The notes under the pieces: model-generated
Told to the model about the DNA's origin: nothing
What the model saw: the letters and a program-made list of their open reading frames with translations, nothing else
Databases searched by the model: none
Assembly (NCBI GenBank): GCA_963663995.1
Contig: OY760660.1
Location: 300,001 to 332,000, forward strand
Length of the DNA: 32,000 nucleotides
From: Erysipelotrichaceae bacterium
GTDB lineage: Bacteria; Bacillota_I; Bacilli_A; Erysipelotrichales; Erysipelotrichaceae
Direction of reading: 5' to 3'
Made by a program: the position numbers and the translations under genes
In this document: positions 7,813-16,829 of the stretch, piece by piece
Position numbering within the stretch: position 1 is the first letter of the stretch
How the letters are laid out: each line of letters starts with the position of its first letter

Positions 7813-9177
7813 ATGAAAATCGTTACTATTGGTGGTGGTAGTTCTTACACACCAGAACTCATTGAAGGTTTTATCAAACGTAAAGATGAATTGCCTTTAA
7901 AAGAAATTTGGTTAGTCGATGTTGAAGAAGGTAAAGAAAAATTAGAAATCGTTGGTGCAATGGCACAGCGTATGGTTAAAGCAGCTGGTTTAGATTGGGA
8001 AGTTCATTTAACACTTAATCGTCGTGAAGCTTTAAAAGATGCAGACTTTGTGACAACACAATTCCGTGTTGGTTTATTAGATGCACGTATCCGTGATGAA
8101 AGAATCCCTCTAAGCTATGGCATGATGGGACAAGAAACTAATGGTGCTGGTGGTATGATGAAAGCTTTCCGTACCATTCCTGTTATCTTAGGTATTATTG
8201 AAGACATGAAAGAACTCTGTCCAAATGCTTGGTTGATTAACTTCACAAATCCATCAGGTATGGTTACTGAAGCTGCGATTAAACGCGGTGGGTGGAAGAA
8301 AACAATCGGTCTATGTAATGTTCCTATTGGCCACATTGCTTCATCAAATGCAGTTATGGGTTACTCAGAATTTGATACAACTCTATTCTACAAATTTGCT
8401 GGTTTAAATCACTTCCACTGGCACAGAGTTTGGGATGAAAAGGGAAATGAAATCACTGATTACCTTATCGAACAAGTTTATAATCCAGAAAACAAAGCAA
8501 AATATGAAGGTATGAAAAACATCCGTAACCTTCCTATCAACTATGACTTAATTAAGAAAACTGGTTTATTACCTTGTGGATATCACCGTTATTACTATAT
8601 TTCTGATGATATGTTACATGAAGAACTTGAAGCGTTTGAAAAACACGAAACACGTGCTGAAACAGTTAAGAAAACTGAAGCAGAACTCTTCGAACTTTAT
8701 AAAGATCCAAAATTGGATTACAAACCTGAACAACTTACAAAACGCGGTGGTACTCACTACTCAGATGCAGCATGTGAAGTTATCGCATCTATCGTAAATG
8801 ACAAACGCACTACAATGGTTGTTTCAACTCAAAACAATGGTACTATCACTGATTTACCATATGATTGTATCGTTGAAGTTTCTTCAATCATCACATCACA
8901 TGGTGCTGAACCTCTAAATTGGGGCGGATTTGAACCAGGAGCTCGTGGTATTTTACAAGTTCAAAAAGCAATGGAAGAAGTTGTTATCTCAGCGGCAGTA
9001 AGTGGTGATTATGGTACAGCTTTAGAAGCTTTCACAGTTAACCCAATCGTACCTTCAGGTAAATTGGCTAAAGATTGCTTAGATGAAATGTTAGTCGCAA
9101 ATAAAAACTATTTACCACAATTTAAAGAAACAATTACTAAACTTGAAGCAGCTGGTGTTGTTTACAAAAAATTATAA
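7813..9177 (+). CDS. GH4 6-phospho-beta-glucosidase (ChbF/CelF/LicH-like), copy 1
   Basis: MKIVTIGGGSSYTPELIEGFIKR, QFRVGLLDARIRDERIPL, GQETNGAGG, NFTNPSGMVTEA and GLCNVPI are collinear with E. coli ChbF as I recall it. AAGGAG RBS and its own terminator. Confidence 0.9.
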   Translation: MKIVTIGGGSSYTPELIEGFIKRKDELPLKEIWLVDVEEGKEKLEIVGAMAQRMVKAAGLDWEVHLTLNRREALKDADFVTTQFRVGLLDARIRDERIPLSYGMMGQETNGAGGMMKAFRTIPVILGIIEDMKELCPNAWLINFTNPSGMVTEAAIKRGGWKKTIGLCNVPIGHIASSNAVMGYSEFDTTLFYKFAGLNHFHWHRVWDEKGNEITDYLIEQVYNPENKAKYEGMKNIRNLPINYDLIKKTGLLPCGYHRYYYISDDMLHEELEAFEKHETRAETVKKTEAELFELYKDPKLDYKPEQLTKRGGTHYSDAACEVIASIVNDKRTTMVVSTQNNGTITDLPYDCIVEVSSIITSHGAEPLNWGGFEPGARGILQVQKAMEEVVISAAVSGDYGTALEAFTVNPIVPSGKLAKDCLDEMLVANKNYLPQFKETITKLEAAGVVYKKL

Positions 9178-9183
9178 TTCTTT

Positions 9184-9211
9184 AAAGAATCCAAAATAGG
9201 ATTCTTTTTTT
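9184..9211 (+). terminator. Rho-independent terminator after GH4 copy 1
   Basis: AGAATCC-AAAATA-GGATTCT stem-loop followed by a T-run. Confidence 0.75.
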
Positions 9212-9344
9212 GTATCAAGTTTTTGTGTTAAAAAGAAATTGATTTGAAAAAAAGTTCCAAATTTTTTGGATTACTTTCTATGTTGTATAGATTTGCCTAT
9301 AATGTGAACTGACAAAAGTCATAAACACACAAAAGGAGAAGAAC

Positions 9345-10700
9345 ATGAAAATAGTTACTATTGGTGGTGGAAGTTCCTATACACCAGAACTTATTGAAGG
9401 TTTCATTAAACGTAAAGATGAGTTGCCGATTAAGGAACTTTGGTTAGTAGATGTTGAAGAAGGAAAAGAAAAATTAGAAATCGTTGGGGCGATGGCTCAA
9501 CGTATGGTTAAAGCAGCAGGTTTAGATTGGCAAGTTAATTTAACACTTGATCGTCGCGAAGCATTAAAAGATGCTGATTTCGTATCAACTCAATTTAGAG
9601 TAGGTTTATTAGATGCGCGTATTCGTGATGAAAGAATTCCTTTAAGCCACGGCATGATTGGTCAAGAAACTAATGGAGCTGGGGGTATGATGAAAGCATT
9701 CCGTACGATTCCTGTAATCTTAGGCATTATTGAAGATATGAAGGAATTATGTCCAAATGCATGGTTAGTTAACTTCACAAATCCATCAGGTATGGTTACT
9801 GAAGCTGCGATTAATGTTGGGGGATGGAAACGTACTGTAGGCTTATGTAACGTTCCTATTGTTATGCAAAAAATGAGTGAAGAAGCTATGAAGAATGAAG
9901 AAGGACTATTCTTCAAATTTGCTGGTTTAAATCATTTTGTGTGGCATAAAGTTTGGAATAATCAAGGCGAAGAAGTTACTGATGAAATTATTGATCGTGT
10001 TTATCACCCTGATCGTAAAGAAGAATTTGTGGGTGTAAGAAATATTCGAAATTTCCCACTCAACTATGATCAAGTTAAAGATACACACTTATTACCTTGT
10101 CCTTATCATCGTTACTACTACATCACAGATGATATGTTGAACGATGAATTAGAAGAATTTAAAGAAGGAAAAGTACGTGCTCAAGTTGTTAAGAAAACTG
10201 AAGCAGAACTCTTTGAACTTTATAAAGATCCAAAATTAGATTACAAACCTGAACAACTTACAAAACGTGGTGGTACTTATTATTCAGATGCTGCGTGTGA
10301 ATTAATTGCATCTATTCATAATGATAAGAAAACTCGCATGGTTGTTAATACAACGAATAAAGGTGCGATATCAGATTTACCATATGATTGTGCAATTGAG
10401 ATTAGTGCTCAAATTACATCACATGGTCCAGAAGCTGATAACTGGGGTTCATTTGATACAGGTTCACGCGGTATGATTCAAGTCCAAAAAGCAATGGAAG
10501 AATTAACGATTGCGGCAGCTGTTACGGGTGATTATGGAAAAGCATTACAAGCCTTCACAGTTAATCCACTTGTACCAGCTGGTAAACTAGCAAAAGCTTG
10601 TTTAGATGAAATGTTAGTTGCTAATAAAGACTACCTACCTCAATTTAAAGAAACAATTGCTAAGCTTGAAGCTGAAGGCGTTGTCTACAAAAAATTATAA
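9345..10700 (+). CDS. GH4 6-phospho-beta-glucosidase, copy 2 (tandem paralog)
   Basis: Same motif set as copy 1. The N-terminal 160 aa and C-terminal 60 aa are nearly identical at protein level, while the central region is strongly diverged. AAGGAG RBS and its own terminator. Confidence 0.9.
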   Translation: MKIVTIGGGSSYTPELIEGFIKRKDELPIKELWLVDVEEGKEKLEIVGAMAQRMVKAAGLDWQVNLTLDRREALKDADFVSTQFRVGLLDARIRDERIPLSHGMIGQETNGAGGMMKAFRTIPVILGIIEDMKELCPNAWLVNFTNPSGMVTEAAINVGGWKRTVGLCNVPIVMQKMSEEAMKNEEGLFFKFAGLNHFVWHKVWNNQGEEVTDEIIDRVYHPDRKEEFVGVRNIRNFPLNYDQVKDTHLLPCPYHRYYYITDDMLNDELEEFKEGKVRAQVVKKTEAELFELYKDPKLDYKPEQLTKRGGTYYSDAACELIASIHNDKKTRMVVNTTNKGAISDLPYDCAIEISAQITSHGPEADNWGSFDTGSRGMIQVQKAMEELTIAAAVTGDYGKALQAFTVNPLVPAGKLAKACLDEMLVANKDYLPQFKETIAKLEAEGVVYKKL

Positions 10701-10712
10701 TTATATTATTTA

Positions 10713-10742
10713 GAAGCTCCTATTTTGGGAGCTTTTATTTTG
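10713..10742 (+). terminator. Rho-independent terminator after GH4 copy 2
   Basis: AAGCTCC-loop-GGAGCTT stem-loop followed by TTATTTT. Confidence 0.7.
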
Positions 10743-10769
10743 CACAATTGCATTAAAGAAGCATATTAC

Positions 10770-10798
10770 TTGCTATTTAAATTTTGATATGTTATAAA
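10770..10798 (+). promoter_or_regulatory. Candidate ldh promoter
   Basis: TTGCTA (10770-10775), a 17-nt spacer ending in TGT (extended -10), then TATAAA (10793-10798). Confidence 0.5.
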
Positions 10799-10806
10799 AT
10801 TCACAA
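10789..10806. promoter_or_regulatory. Rex-like operator candidate overlapping the ldh -10
   Basis: ATGTTAT-AAAA-TTCACAA against the Rex consensus TTGTGAA-N4-TTCACAA. The right half matches 7/7, the left half 4/7, and the spacer is A/T as expected. Confidence 0.3.
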
Positions 10807-10848
10807 GTAATAACATTAACTTATTACTATAGAAACGAGAACCAAATT

Positions 10849-11796
10849 ATGGTTAGTTTAAGAAAATGTGCAGTCATTGGAGTTGGATTTGTAGGTGCAA
10901 CTTCTGCATTTACTTTAGCAACATCTGGTTTATTTTCAGAAATAGTATTATTAGATGCCATTCGTAAGAAGGCAGAAGGTGAAGCAGCGGATATTAATCA
11001 TGGGATTTCATTTGCAAAACCATGTAAAGTTTATGCTGGTGATTATAAAGATCTTAAAGATGTAGGTTTAGTTGTTATTGCTGCTGGTGCAAATCAAAAA
11101 CCTAATGAGACTAGAATAGAATTATTAGATCGTAATTTGGCTATCTTTAAAAGCATCATTCCACAGATAACTGCTGTAAACAAAGATTGCATTCTTCTGG
11201 TTGTATCAAATCCTGTCGATGTATTAACTTATATGGCATTAAAAATATCTGGATTTCCATCTTCAAGAGTTTTTGGATCTGGAACGGTTCTTGATACATC
11301 GCGTCTGAAATATTTACTAGGTGATTATCTACATGTTGATAGTCGAAACATTCATGCATTTATCATCGGTGAACATGGAGATAGTGAACTTGCAGTTTTT
11401 TCTTCAGCGAATGTATCAGGAATCGACTTAGAAGAATATTGTCGAGTCACAAACAATGATTATTCCTTAGAAACTTTAGATAATATCTATCAGAATGTTA
11501 GGGATGCTGTATATTCTATTATAGAAGGTAAAGGTGCTACTTATTATGCGATAGCTATGGCTGTTAAACGTATTGCTGAAGCCATTGTTAGAAATGAATC
11601 TTCCGTATTACCAGTTAGTTCCTTTGTTGCTGGTCATTATGGAATAAGTAATGTTTGTTTAGGCTTACCTTCAATTATTGGATCTGATGGTGTACAAGCT
11701 ATACTCGACATTCCGTTATCCGATGAGGAATTGAAAAAACTTCAGAAATCATCGAAGAAGTTAAGTGATTTGTTAGAAAAGGTTAATTTCGATTAG
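10849..11796 (+). CDS. ldh: L-lactate dehydrogenase
   Basis: GVGFVGATSAF Rossmann motif. GANQKPNETR carries Gln at the LDH/MDH discriminator position. IGEHGDS signature present. Confidence 0.92.
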   Translation: MVSLRKCAVIGVGFVGATSAFTLATSGLFSEIVLLDAIRKKAEGEAADINHGISFAKPCKVYAGDYKDLKDVGLVVIAAGANQKPNETRIELLDRNLAIFKSIIPQITAVNKDCILLVVSNPVDVLTYMALKISGFPSSRVFGSGTVLDTSRLKYLLGDYLHVDSRNIHAFIIGEHGDSELAVFSSANVSGIDLEEYCRVTNNDYSLETLDNIYQNVRDAVYSIIEGKGATYYAIAMAVKRIAEAIVRNESSVLPVSSFVAGHYGISNVCLGLPSIIGSDGVQAILDIPLSDEELKKLQKSSKKLSDLLEKVNFD

Positions 11797-11862
11797 AAAA
11801 GTACTTCACGATTAAATATGTAATTGTTTACTGACCATAAAATAAATTAATAATATTCATTT

Positions 11863-11896
11863 AAAAAGATTCCTAATCAGTATAGGAATCTTTTTT
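11863..11896. terminator. Bidirectional terminator shared by ldh (+) and the PNPOx-like gene (-)
   Basis: AAAAAGATTCCT-loop-AGGAATCTTTTT with A-run and T-run flanks. The right arm overlaps the last codons of ORF 11873-12400. Confidence 0.7.
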
Positions 11897-12400
11897 AGTA
11901 TAACGTTCTGGATGTTTCTCTTTAGCATATTCACTTGCTTCCTTACCAGTCATGTGTTCAATATCAATTGCAATCATGGCAGTGTTCGGGGAGCTTTTAA
12001 TTTTATCAATAATCATTTGTTGAGGAAGTATATAACAATATTTATCGTTTAATGCTTTAAATCCTTCAAACCATTCAGGATCACTAGAATCTAAAATTCG
12101 TGCTTTTCCAAACACATGAGCTGATCTAAAGAAACTTGTGTAAAGTTCAGGTACAACTGTATCTTCGTCAATAACTGTAAAAGATACTTTTGAATGTTTT
12201 TGTAGGGCATCCATTTTGTGACCAGTTTTTGATGAGTGAAAATAGATTTTATGATTATGATAGACAAAACTAATCGGTATTGCATAAGGATAATCATCAT
12301 CACCAAGTAAGCCTAATACACCGTTTGTTCGACGTTGAAAGATTTCAAGAATCTCTGATACTTCAAGTCTTTGATTAATTCGCTTTAGTTCTCTAAACAT
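11873..12400 (-). CDS. Pyridoxamine 5'-phosphate oxidase-family (Nim-like) flavoprotein
   Basis: 175 aa. The N-terminal half (GVLGLLGDDDYPYAIPISFVYHNHKIYFHSSKTGHKMDAL..VSFTV) has the split-barrel PNPOx/NimA-like pattern. Its ATG directly abuts the stop of the upstream gene (TAA ATG at 12403-12398, complement). Confidence 0.75.
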   Translation of the reverse strand: MFRELKRINQRLEVSEILEIFQRRTNGVLGLLGDDDYPYAIPISFVYHNHKIYFHSSKTGHKMDALQKHSKVSFTVIDEDTVVPELYTSFFRSAHVFGKARILDSSDPEWFEGFKALNDKYCYILPQQMIIDKIKSSPNTAMIAIDIEHMTGKEASEYAKEKHPERYTKKDSYTD

Positions 12401-13525
12401 TTAAATAGCCTCAATTAAATCATTACGTTTTGTTGGATGACTTAGTTCTTCAACCATTTTTTCAACGACTTCTTCGAATTTGCCATCATAAATACGATAA
12501 GATGCTGCAAACATTAGGTTTAGTGGTGCTTCAAAATCTTCGACATTTAACCCGTTAATATCACGTGGTAATTCACTTGCACCATTGTTTGGGATTCGAT
12601 CAACCATGTGTCGAGTATCGTCCATATAGGCAAAGAGTTTTTTACCTAATTGGAACGCCATACCACATTCGAAAGCAACATCTTCATTAGGTTCATAACC
12701 TTGATAATCTGAAAGGTTAGCAAGAATGATGTCACAATTTCTTACATGTTGTTGATAATGATCGAATTGATTATAAGCTCTTTCATATTTATCATCTGTT
12801 TCAATGATTTCAACTCCAACGGCTTTATCAAGAGGTGTTAAAACATCAAAACCATGTTTTTCAAGACTAGCTTTCATCGTTGCATATTTTTGGATTGCAT
12901 CACTATCGTTACGTTCAAAACCAGCTAAGTAGACAACAGGTTTATCACTTTTATAGGTTCTATTTACTGCTTTAGTTTTGATTTCAACATGACGATTTGC
13001 CTTAAGTTTTGATGCTTCTTCTATATCAAGTGTTAAAGATTGTAATGCGTCTGAAAAATCTCCTTCAACCACTTTACATGATCCCATAATACAAGGACCA
13101 AAAGGCAAATCACGATTTGCTAAAATACGACCATCTAAATCATATTGATTATCGTGCTCATAGCGAGCTGCGGCATATTTCATTCCATTGATTCTTTTAT
13201 CTCTTGTATAGGCATAACATTTTGCGCCTTTTGCATATGCCATACCAATTTCATAGACTGTTCCACCATCAGGCATAAAGCCACGATAGGTTTCTAAGTT
13301 CGCAATAATTGTTGTTGTTTCATTAATAGAATCACGACAATTCTTAAAAATTGCTGCACTTAATGAACGTTTATTACCTAACTCAAAATCCAATTTCTTT
13401 TCATTAGGTAAGGCAACATTATAACCATAAAATTCTGCCTGTTGACGCCAAGAATGCCACATTTTTAATCCATTTTCATAAAAAACTAATGGTCCTGCAA
13501 TATATAAGCTTTCATCTTTAATCAT
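12401..13525 (-). CDS. Tandem two-domain nucleoside 2-deoxyribosyltransferase-family protein
   Basis: Internal duplication visible by eye. Domain 1 has YIAGPLVF...IIANLETYRGFMPDGGTVYEIGMAYAKGAKCYAY. Domain 2 has YLAGFERN...ILANLSDYQGYEPNEDVAFECGMAFQLGKKLFAY. Both keep the conserved Glu-x-Gly of the NDT/Rcl fold. AAGAGG RBS. Confidence 0.8.
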   Translation of the reverse strand: MIKDESLYIAGPLVFYENGLKMWHSWRQQAEFYGYNVALPNEKKLDFELGNKRSLSAAIFKNCRDSINETTTIIANLETYRGFMPDGGTVYEIGMAYAKGAKCYAYTRDKRINGMKYAAARYEHDNQYDLDGRILANRDLPFGPCIMGSCKVVEGDFSDALQSLTLDIEEASKLKANRHVEIKTKAVNRTYKSDKPVVYLAGFERNDSDAIQKYATMKASLEKHGFDVLTPLDKAVGVEIIETDDKYERAYNQFDHYQQHVRNCDIILANLSDYQGYEPNEDVAFECGMAFQLGKKLFAYMDDTRHMVDRIPNNGASELPRDINGLNVEDFEAPLNLMFAASYRIYDGKFEEVVEKMVEELSHPTKRNDLIEAI

Positions 13526-13637
13526 AAGTAAACCTCTTTCTTCACTTTATATAGTGTAACAATAATTTGTGAAAATTGGTTAGATTGTATTTCTGTATGT
13601 TAATAGATGAGAAGAAAAAGATATAATAGATGTACAA

Positions 13638-14846
13638 ATGAAAAAAATCTTACTAGCTGTACTAGGTATTGTTTTAGTATCAATGATTGGTGCAGTTTCA
13701 GTTCGTTACTATCAAATTAAAAACTTTGATCCACCTGTTCAAAGTATTTTCTTTGACGATATTGAGATATCTTATCAAGAAGCAACAGTAACTTATGAAT
13801 TGATTGGTTCTTTTTTAAAAAAGGATATTCACTATGTGATTGATACAAACTTAGATACCATTGATGTGAAATCAGTCGAACATCAGATCATTATTCCTGA
13901 AAATTCACATGTCACATTAACCTTTAGTTCAAGTCAAAGTGATGCGGTTGTGATTGAAGGTGATAAGATTTTTTTTAAGGATAATGGCTCCTATTCGATA
14001 CAGGTTGAAGTGAAAGAAGAAAACTACTATCTTGAATATCTTTTTCATGTCAATGTTGAATTAGAAGCTATAGTTCAATTGCCTGATTTAAAATCTGTAC
14101 AAGGAGATATTTTATATTTTCAAATAGATAATGCGCCACGAAATAGTCAGATCAGTGTCGTTAGTGATTTTAGCGAAAGTAATATCTATCAAAATGATAA
14201 TACAATTATTTTTTATATTCCTATGTGGTACGCTGCTGAAGTAAAAGAATATGCATTAAGTATTTATTTAAATCATGATGTATATGATTATATTATTGAT
14301 TTAGATGAATTTGAGTTTAGAGAACTTCACTTTACTGTACCAACTTCAACGGTCACATCGACAGTTGGTAATCCAAATGCAGCCCCTGAATATCGTGAAA
14401 TTATTTATCCAACTTATGAAAGTGCTATCGATTATGTTTATTGGGATGGTAACTTTATCTTGCCGGTAGAAGGTGCACGTATTTCATCAAATTTTGGAGA
14501 TAAACGTTTTGTGAATAATGCGACTGTTCCTACTCGACATGTAGGTATTGATTATGCAATAGATTGTGGAACAGACGTTTTAGCGAGTAATGGTGGTGAA
14601 GTTATTGTGGCCTATAACTTAATCATGATTGGTAATACCGTTGTAATAGATCATGGTTTAGGTTTAAAAACCTATTATGAACATATGAAAGATTTAAATG
14701 TTAGTGTGGGTGATATCGTTGAAAAAGGTGATTTAATTGGACATGTTGGGACGACCGGCTATTCTACGGGTTGTCATTTACACTTTCAATCAATGATTAA
14801 AAATCAATCGATTAATCCAGAATCACTTTATACTTGGATGGACTAA
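13638..14846 (+). CDS. M23 (LytM-type) metallopeptidase with N-terminal membrane anchor
   Basis: N-terminal TM segment KKILLAVLGIVLVSMIGAV. The C-terminus carries HVGIDYA and GTTGYSTGCHLHFQ, the HxxxD and HxH zinc motifs of M23. Confidence 0.85.
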   Translation: MKKILLAVLGIVLVSMIGAVSVRYYQIKNFDPPVQSIFFDDIEISYQEATVTYELIGSFLKKDIHYVIDTNLDTIDVKSVEHQIIIPENSHVTLTFSSSQSDAVVIEGDKIFFKDNGSYSIQVEVKEENYYLEYLFHVNVELEAIVQLPDLKSVQGDILYFQIDNAPRNSQISVVSDFSESNIYQNDNTIIFYIPMWYAAEVKEYALSIYLNHDVYDYIIDLDEFEFRELHFTVPTSTVTSTVGNPNAAPEYREIIYPTYESAIDYVYWDGNFILPVEGARISSNFGDKRFVNNATVPTRHVGIDYAIDCGTDVLASNGGEVIVAYNLIMIGNTVVIDHGLGLKTYYEHMKDLNVSVGDIVEKGDLIGHVGTTGYSTGCHLHFQSMIKNQSINPESLYTWMD

Positions 14847-14944
14847 GCTATTTGTTTCAAGAATATTATTATGTTAAACTCTTTTTTAATATCGTTAACC
14901 AGAAAGGTGTTTGTCCGAGATAATAAAGGATAAACGGGAATTTT

Positions 14945-15964
14945 ATGAAAGACAAAATCATAGGTTGTGTTTACGGGGCTCTTATAGGGGATGCTTTAGG
15001 TGCGCCTACTGAAATGCGGACGCGTGAGCAAATTATAGAGAAATTTGGAGGTTATGTTAAAACATTTATTCAAGCACCAGATGATGTGTTTGCGAAAGGA
15101 CGTATACCAGGACAAGTTACTGATGATTTTTCAATCGCTTATTACTTAATAAAAAACATGGTTGAATCTAACGGCATTATAGATGAAGAAATGGGTAAAA
15201 AAGCTATTATTGAGTGGTCGGAAGATAGTGAGTATTGTCCTCGCTTTGCAGGTCCGACAACGATGATGGCCATCAATAAATTAAAAGCAGGGGAAGAGTT
15301 TGACCCAGCCAAAGAATATGGTTTAGTTAATTACAATAATCTATTAACCAATGGTGCAGCGATGAAAATATTTCCGATTGGTTTAAAAAATGGTAGAAAC
15401 TATGATCAAATCATTGATGATGTTATCACTGTTTCAAAACATACACATTTTACTAATCTTGCTTTAGCAGGTGCATGTGCAATTGCATGCTCAGTTGGCG
15501 AAGCAATAAATAATAATGCGACACTTGATTCTGTAATAGAAGCAGGACTGTATGGTGCTAAAAACGGTGAGTTAATGGCAAAAAAAGTGACCGGTAAAAT
15601 AGCAGCTGGCCCAAATATTGAAAAACGTATTTTACTAGCTGTAGACGTAGCTCATAAATCGCATGGCTTTGATGATACCCTTCAAAATCTAAGTGACTTT
15701 GTTGGAACAGGTGTTTGGGTAACAGAGTCAGTTCCATGTGTTTATGGACTGTTAGCAGCTTTCAAAGAACCAATGGAAGCCATATATGCGGGTGTTAATA
15801 TTGGTAGCGATACAGATACAATTGCGACAATGACTGGTGCAATCTTAGGTGCACTTCATGGAAAGAAAGCACTTAATCAAGAACTGATTGCTGAAGCATT
15901 ACGTGTAAATAATTTAAAAATAAACGAAATGACGGAAAGATTAATAGAAATCTATGGCTACTAA
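14945..15964 (+). CDS. ADP-ribosylglycohydrolase-family (ARH/DraG/YegU-like) protein
   Basis: N-terminal GALIGDALGAPTE and C-terminal GSDTDTIATMTGAILGALHG are the two hallmark metal-site blocks of the ARH fold. Confidence 0.85.
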   Translation: MKDKIIGCVYGALIGDALGAPTEMRTREQIIEKFGGYVKTFIQAPDDVFAKGRIPGQVTDDFSIAYYLIKNMVESNGIIDEEMGKKAIIEWSEDSEYCPRFAGPTTMMAINKLKAGEEFDPAKEYGLVNYNNLLTNGAAMKIFPIGLKNGRNYDQIIDDVITVSKHTHFTNLALAGACAIACSVGEAINNNATLDSVIEAGLYGAKNGELMAKKVTGKIAAGPNIEKRILLAVDVAHKSHGFDDTLQNLSDFVGTGVWVTESVPCVYGLLAAFKEPMEAIYAGVNIGSDTDTIATMTGAILGALHGKKALNQELIAEALRVNNLKINEMTERLIEIYGY

Positions 15965-16829
15965 TACAGTTGTATCAATAGGAGCTATTTCAATTGATGA
16001 AAATTACGCATGTGATTCATGGCCGGCCGAAGGGGATAAACGTCTAATTAAAAGACTGAGCAATGAAGTAGGCGGAATGATTTCGAATGTGGCTTGTAAT
16101 TTAGCGTGCGAAGGAATTGATTCAAAACTACTACATGTTTTCGCGAAAGATGAATATTACGAAATTTTTAAGACAGAATTAGCTCGCTATAATGTTGATT
16201 TAAGTTTATCGATTGAATCGAAGGATGCTCAAACATCTCATTGTTTAATTATGAATACTAAAAAAGATCGTGTCATTTTTATTGAATTGGGAAATGCTAT
16301 ACATTATTCGATAAATCTTGAACAGTTAGAAAAGTTAAAGGAATCACGTTTTATTTATTCAAGTATTTCAGAATTAAAACGAATTAATAGCATAAAGGAT
16401 GTTTTGATTAATCTTAAGTCGGTTGATTTAGTTTTAGATGTTGAACCAGACACTTTTCTTTCTTTTGAAAATGATCAATTTATCTTTGATGCAGCGAAAA
16501 TAATCATAATGAATGAATTTGGTTATGAAAAACTAAAAAAAGAGAAAGATGATATCATTGAGTATTTTCGTGATTTAGATAAAATTATCATTATTACTAT
16601 GGGTTCAAAAGGAGCGCATTTATATGATCAAAATCAATTGATTAAGGTAGATGGTATTAAAGTTAATGTGATTGATTCAACAGGTGCAGGAGACATGTTT
16701 AATGCGAGTTTTCTTGCTTCATTGATTCATGGGAAAAGCTATGGTGAAGCATTGAATTATGCGAATCAAAAAGCTGCCCAACATACATCAATTTATGGAC
16801 CTAAAGCGTCTTTGGAGAATAAACTATGA
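15954..16829 (+). CDS. PfkB-family carbohydrate/nucleoside kinase
   Basis: 291 aa. C-terminal DSTGAGDMFNASFLA is the PfkB anion-hole/catalytic-Asp motif. The start overlaps the ARH stop by 11 nt. Confidence 0.8.
   Translation: MATNTVVSIGAISIDENYACDSWPAEGDKRLIKRLSNEVGGMISNVACNLACEGIDSKLLHVFAKDEYYEIFKTELARYNVDLSLSIESKDAQTSHCLIMNTKKDRVIFIELGNAIHYSINLEQLEKLKESRFIYSSISELKRINSIKDVLINLKSVDLVLDVEPDTFLSFENDQFIFDAAKIIIMNEFGYEKLKKEKDDIIEYFRDLDKIIIITMGSKGAHLYDQNQLIKVDGIKVNVIDSTGAGDMFNASFLASLIHGKSYGEALNYANQKAAQHTSIYGPKASLENKL

Noticed and set aside
10849-11796. Possibility that the ldh-like gene is a malate dehydrogenase.
   Set aside because: The substrate-discriminating position in GANQKPNETR is Gln, which is LDH-type rather than the Arg of MDH. 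The IGEHGDS signature is also present.
14889-14902. Degenerate copy of the LacI/cre-type operator (TAATATCGTTAACC) upstream of the ARH/PfkB/IUNH operon.
   Set aside because: Only about 9 of 14 positions match TGTAATCGTTTACA. Beyond the ATCGTT core this is within chance expectation for AT-rich DNA.
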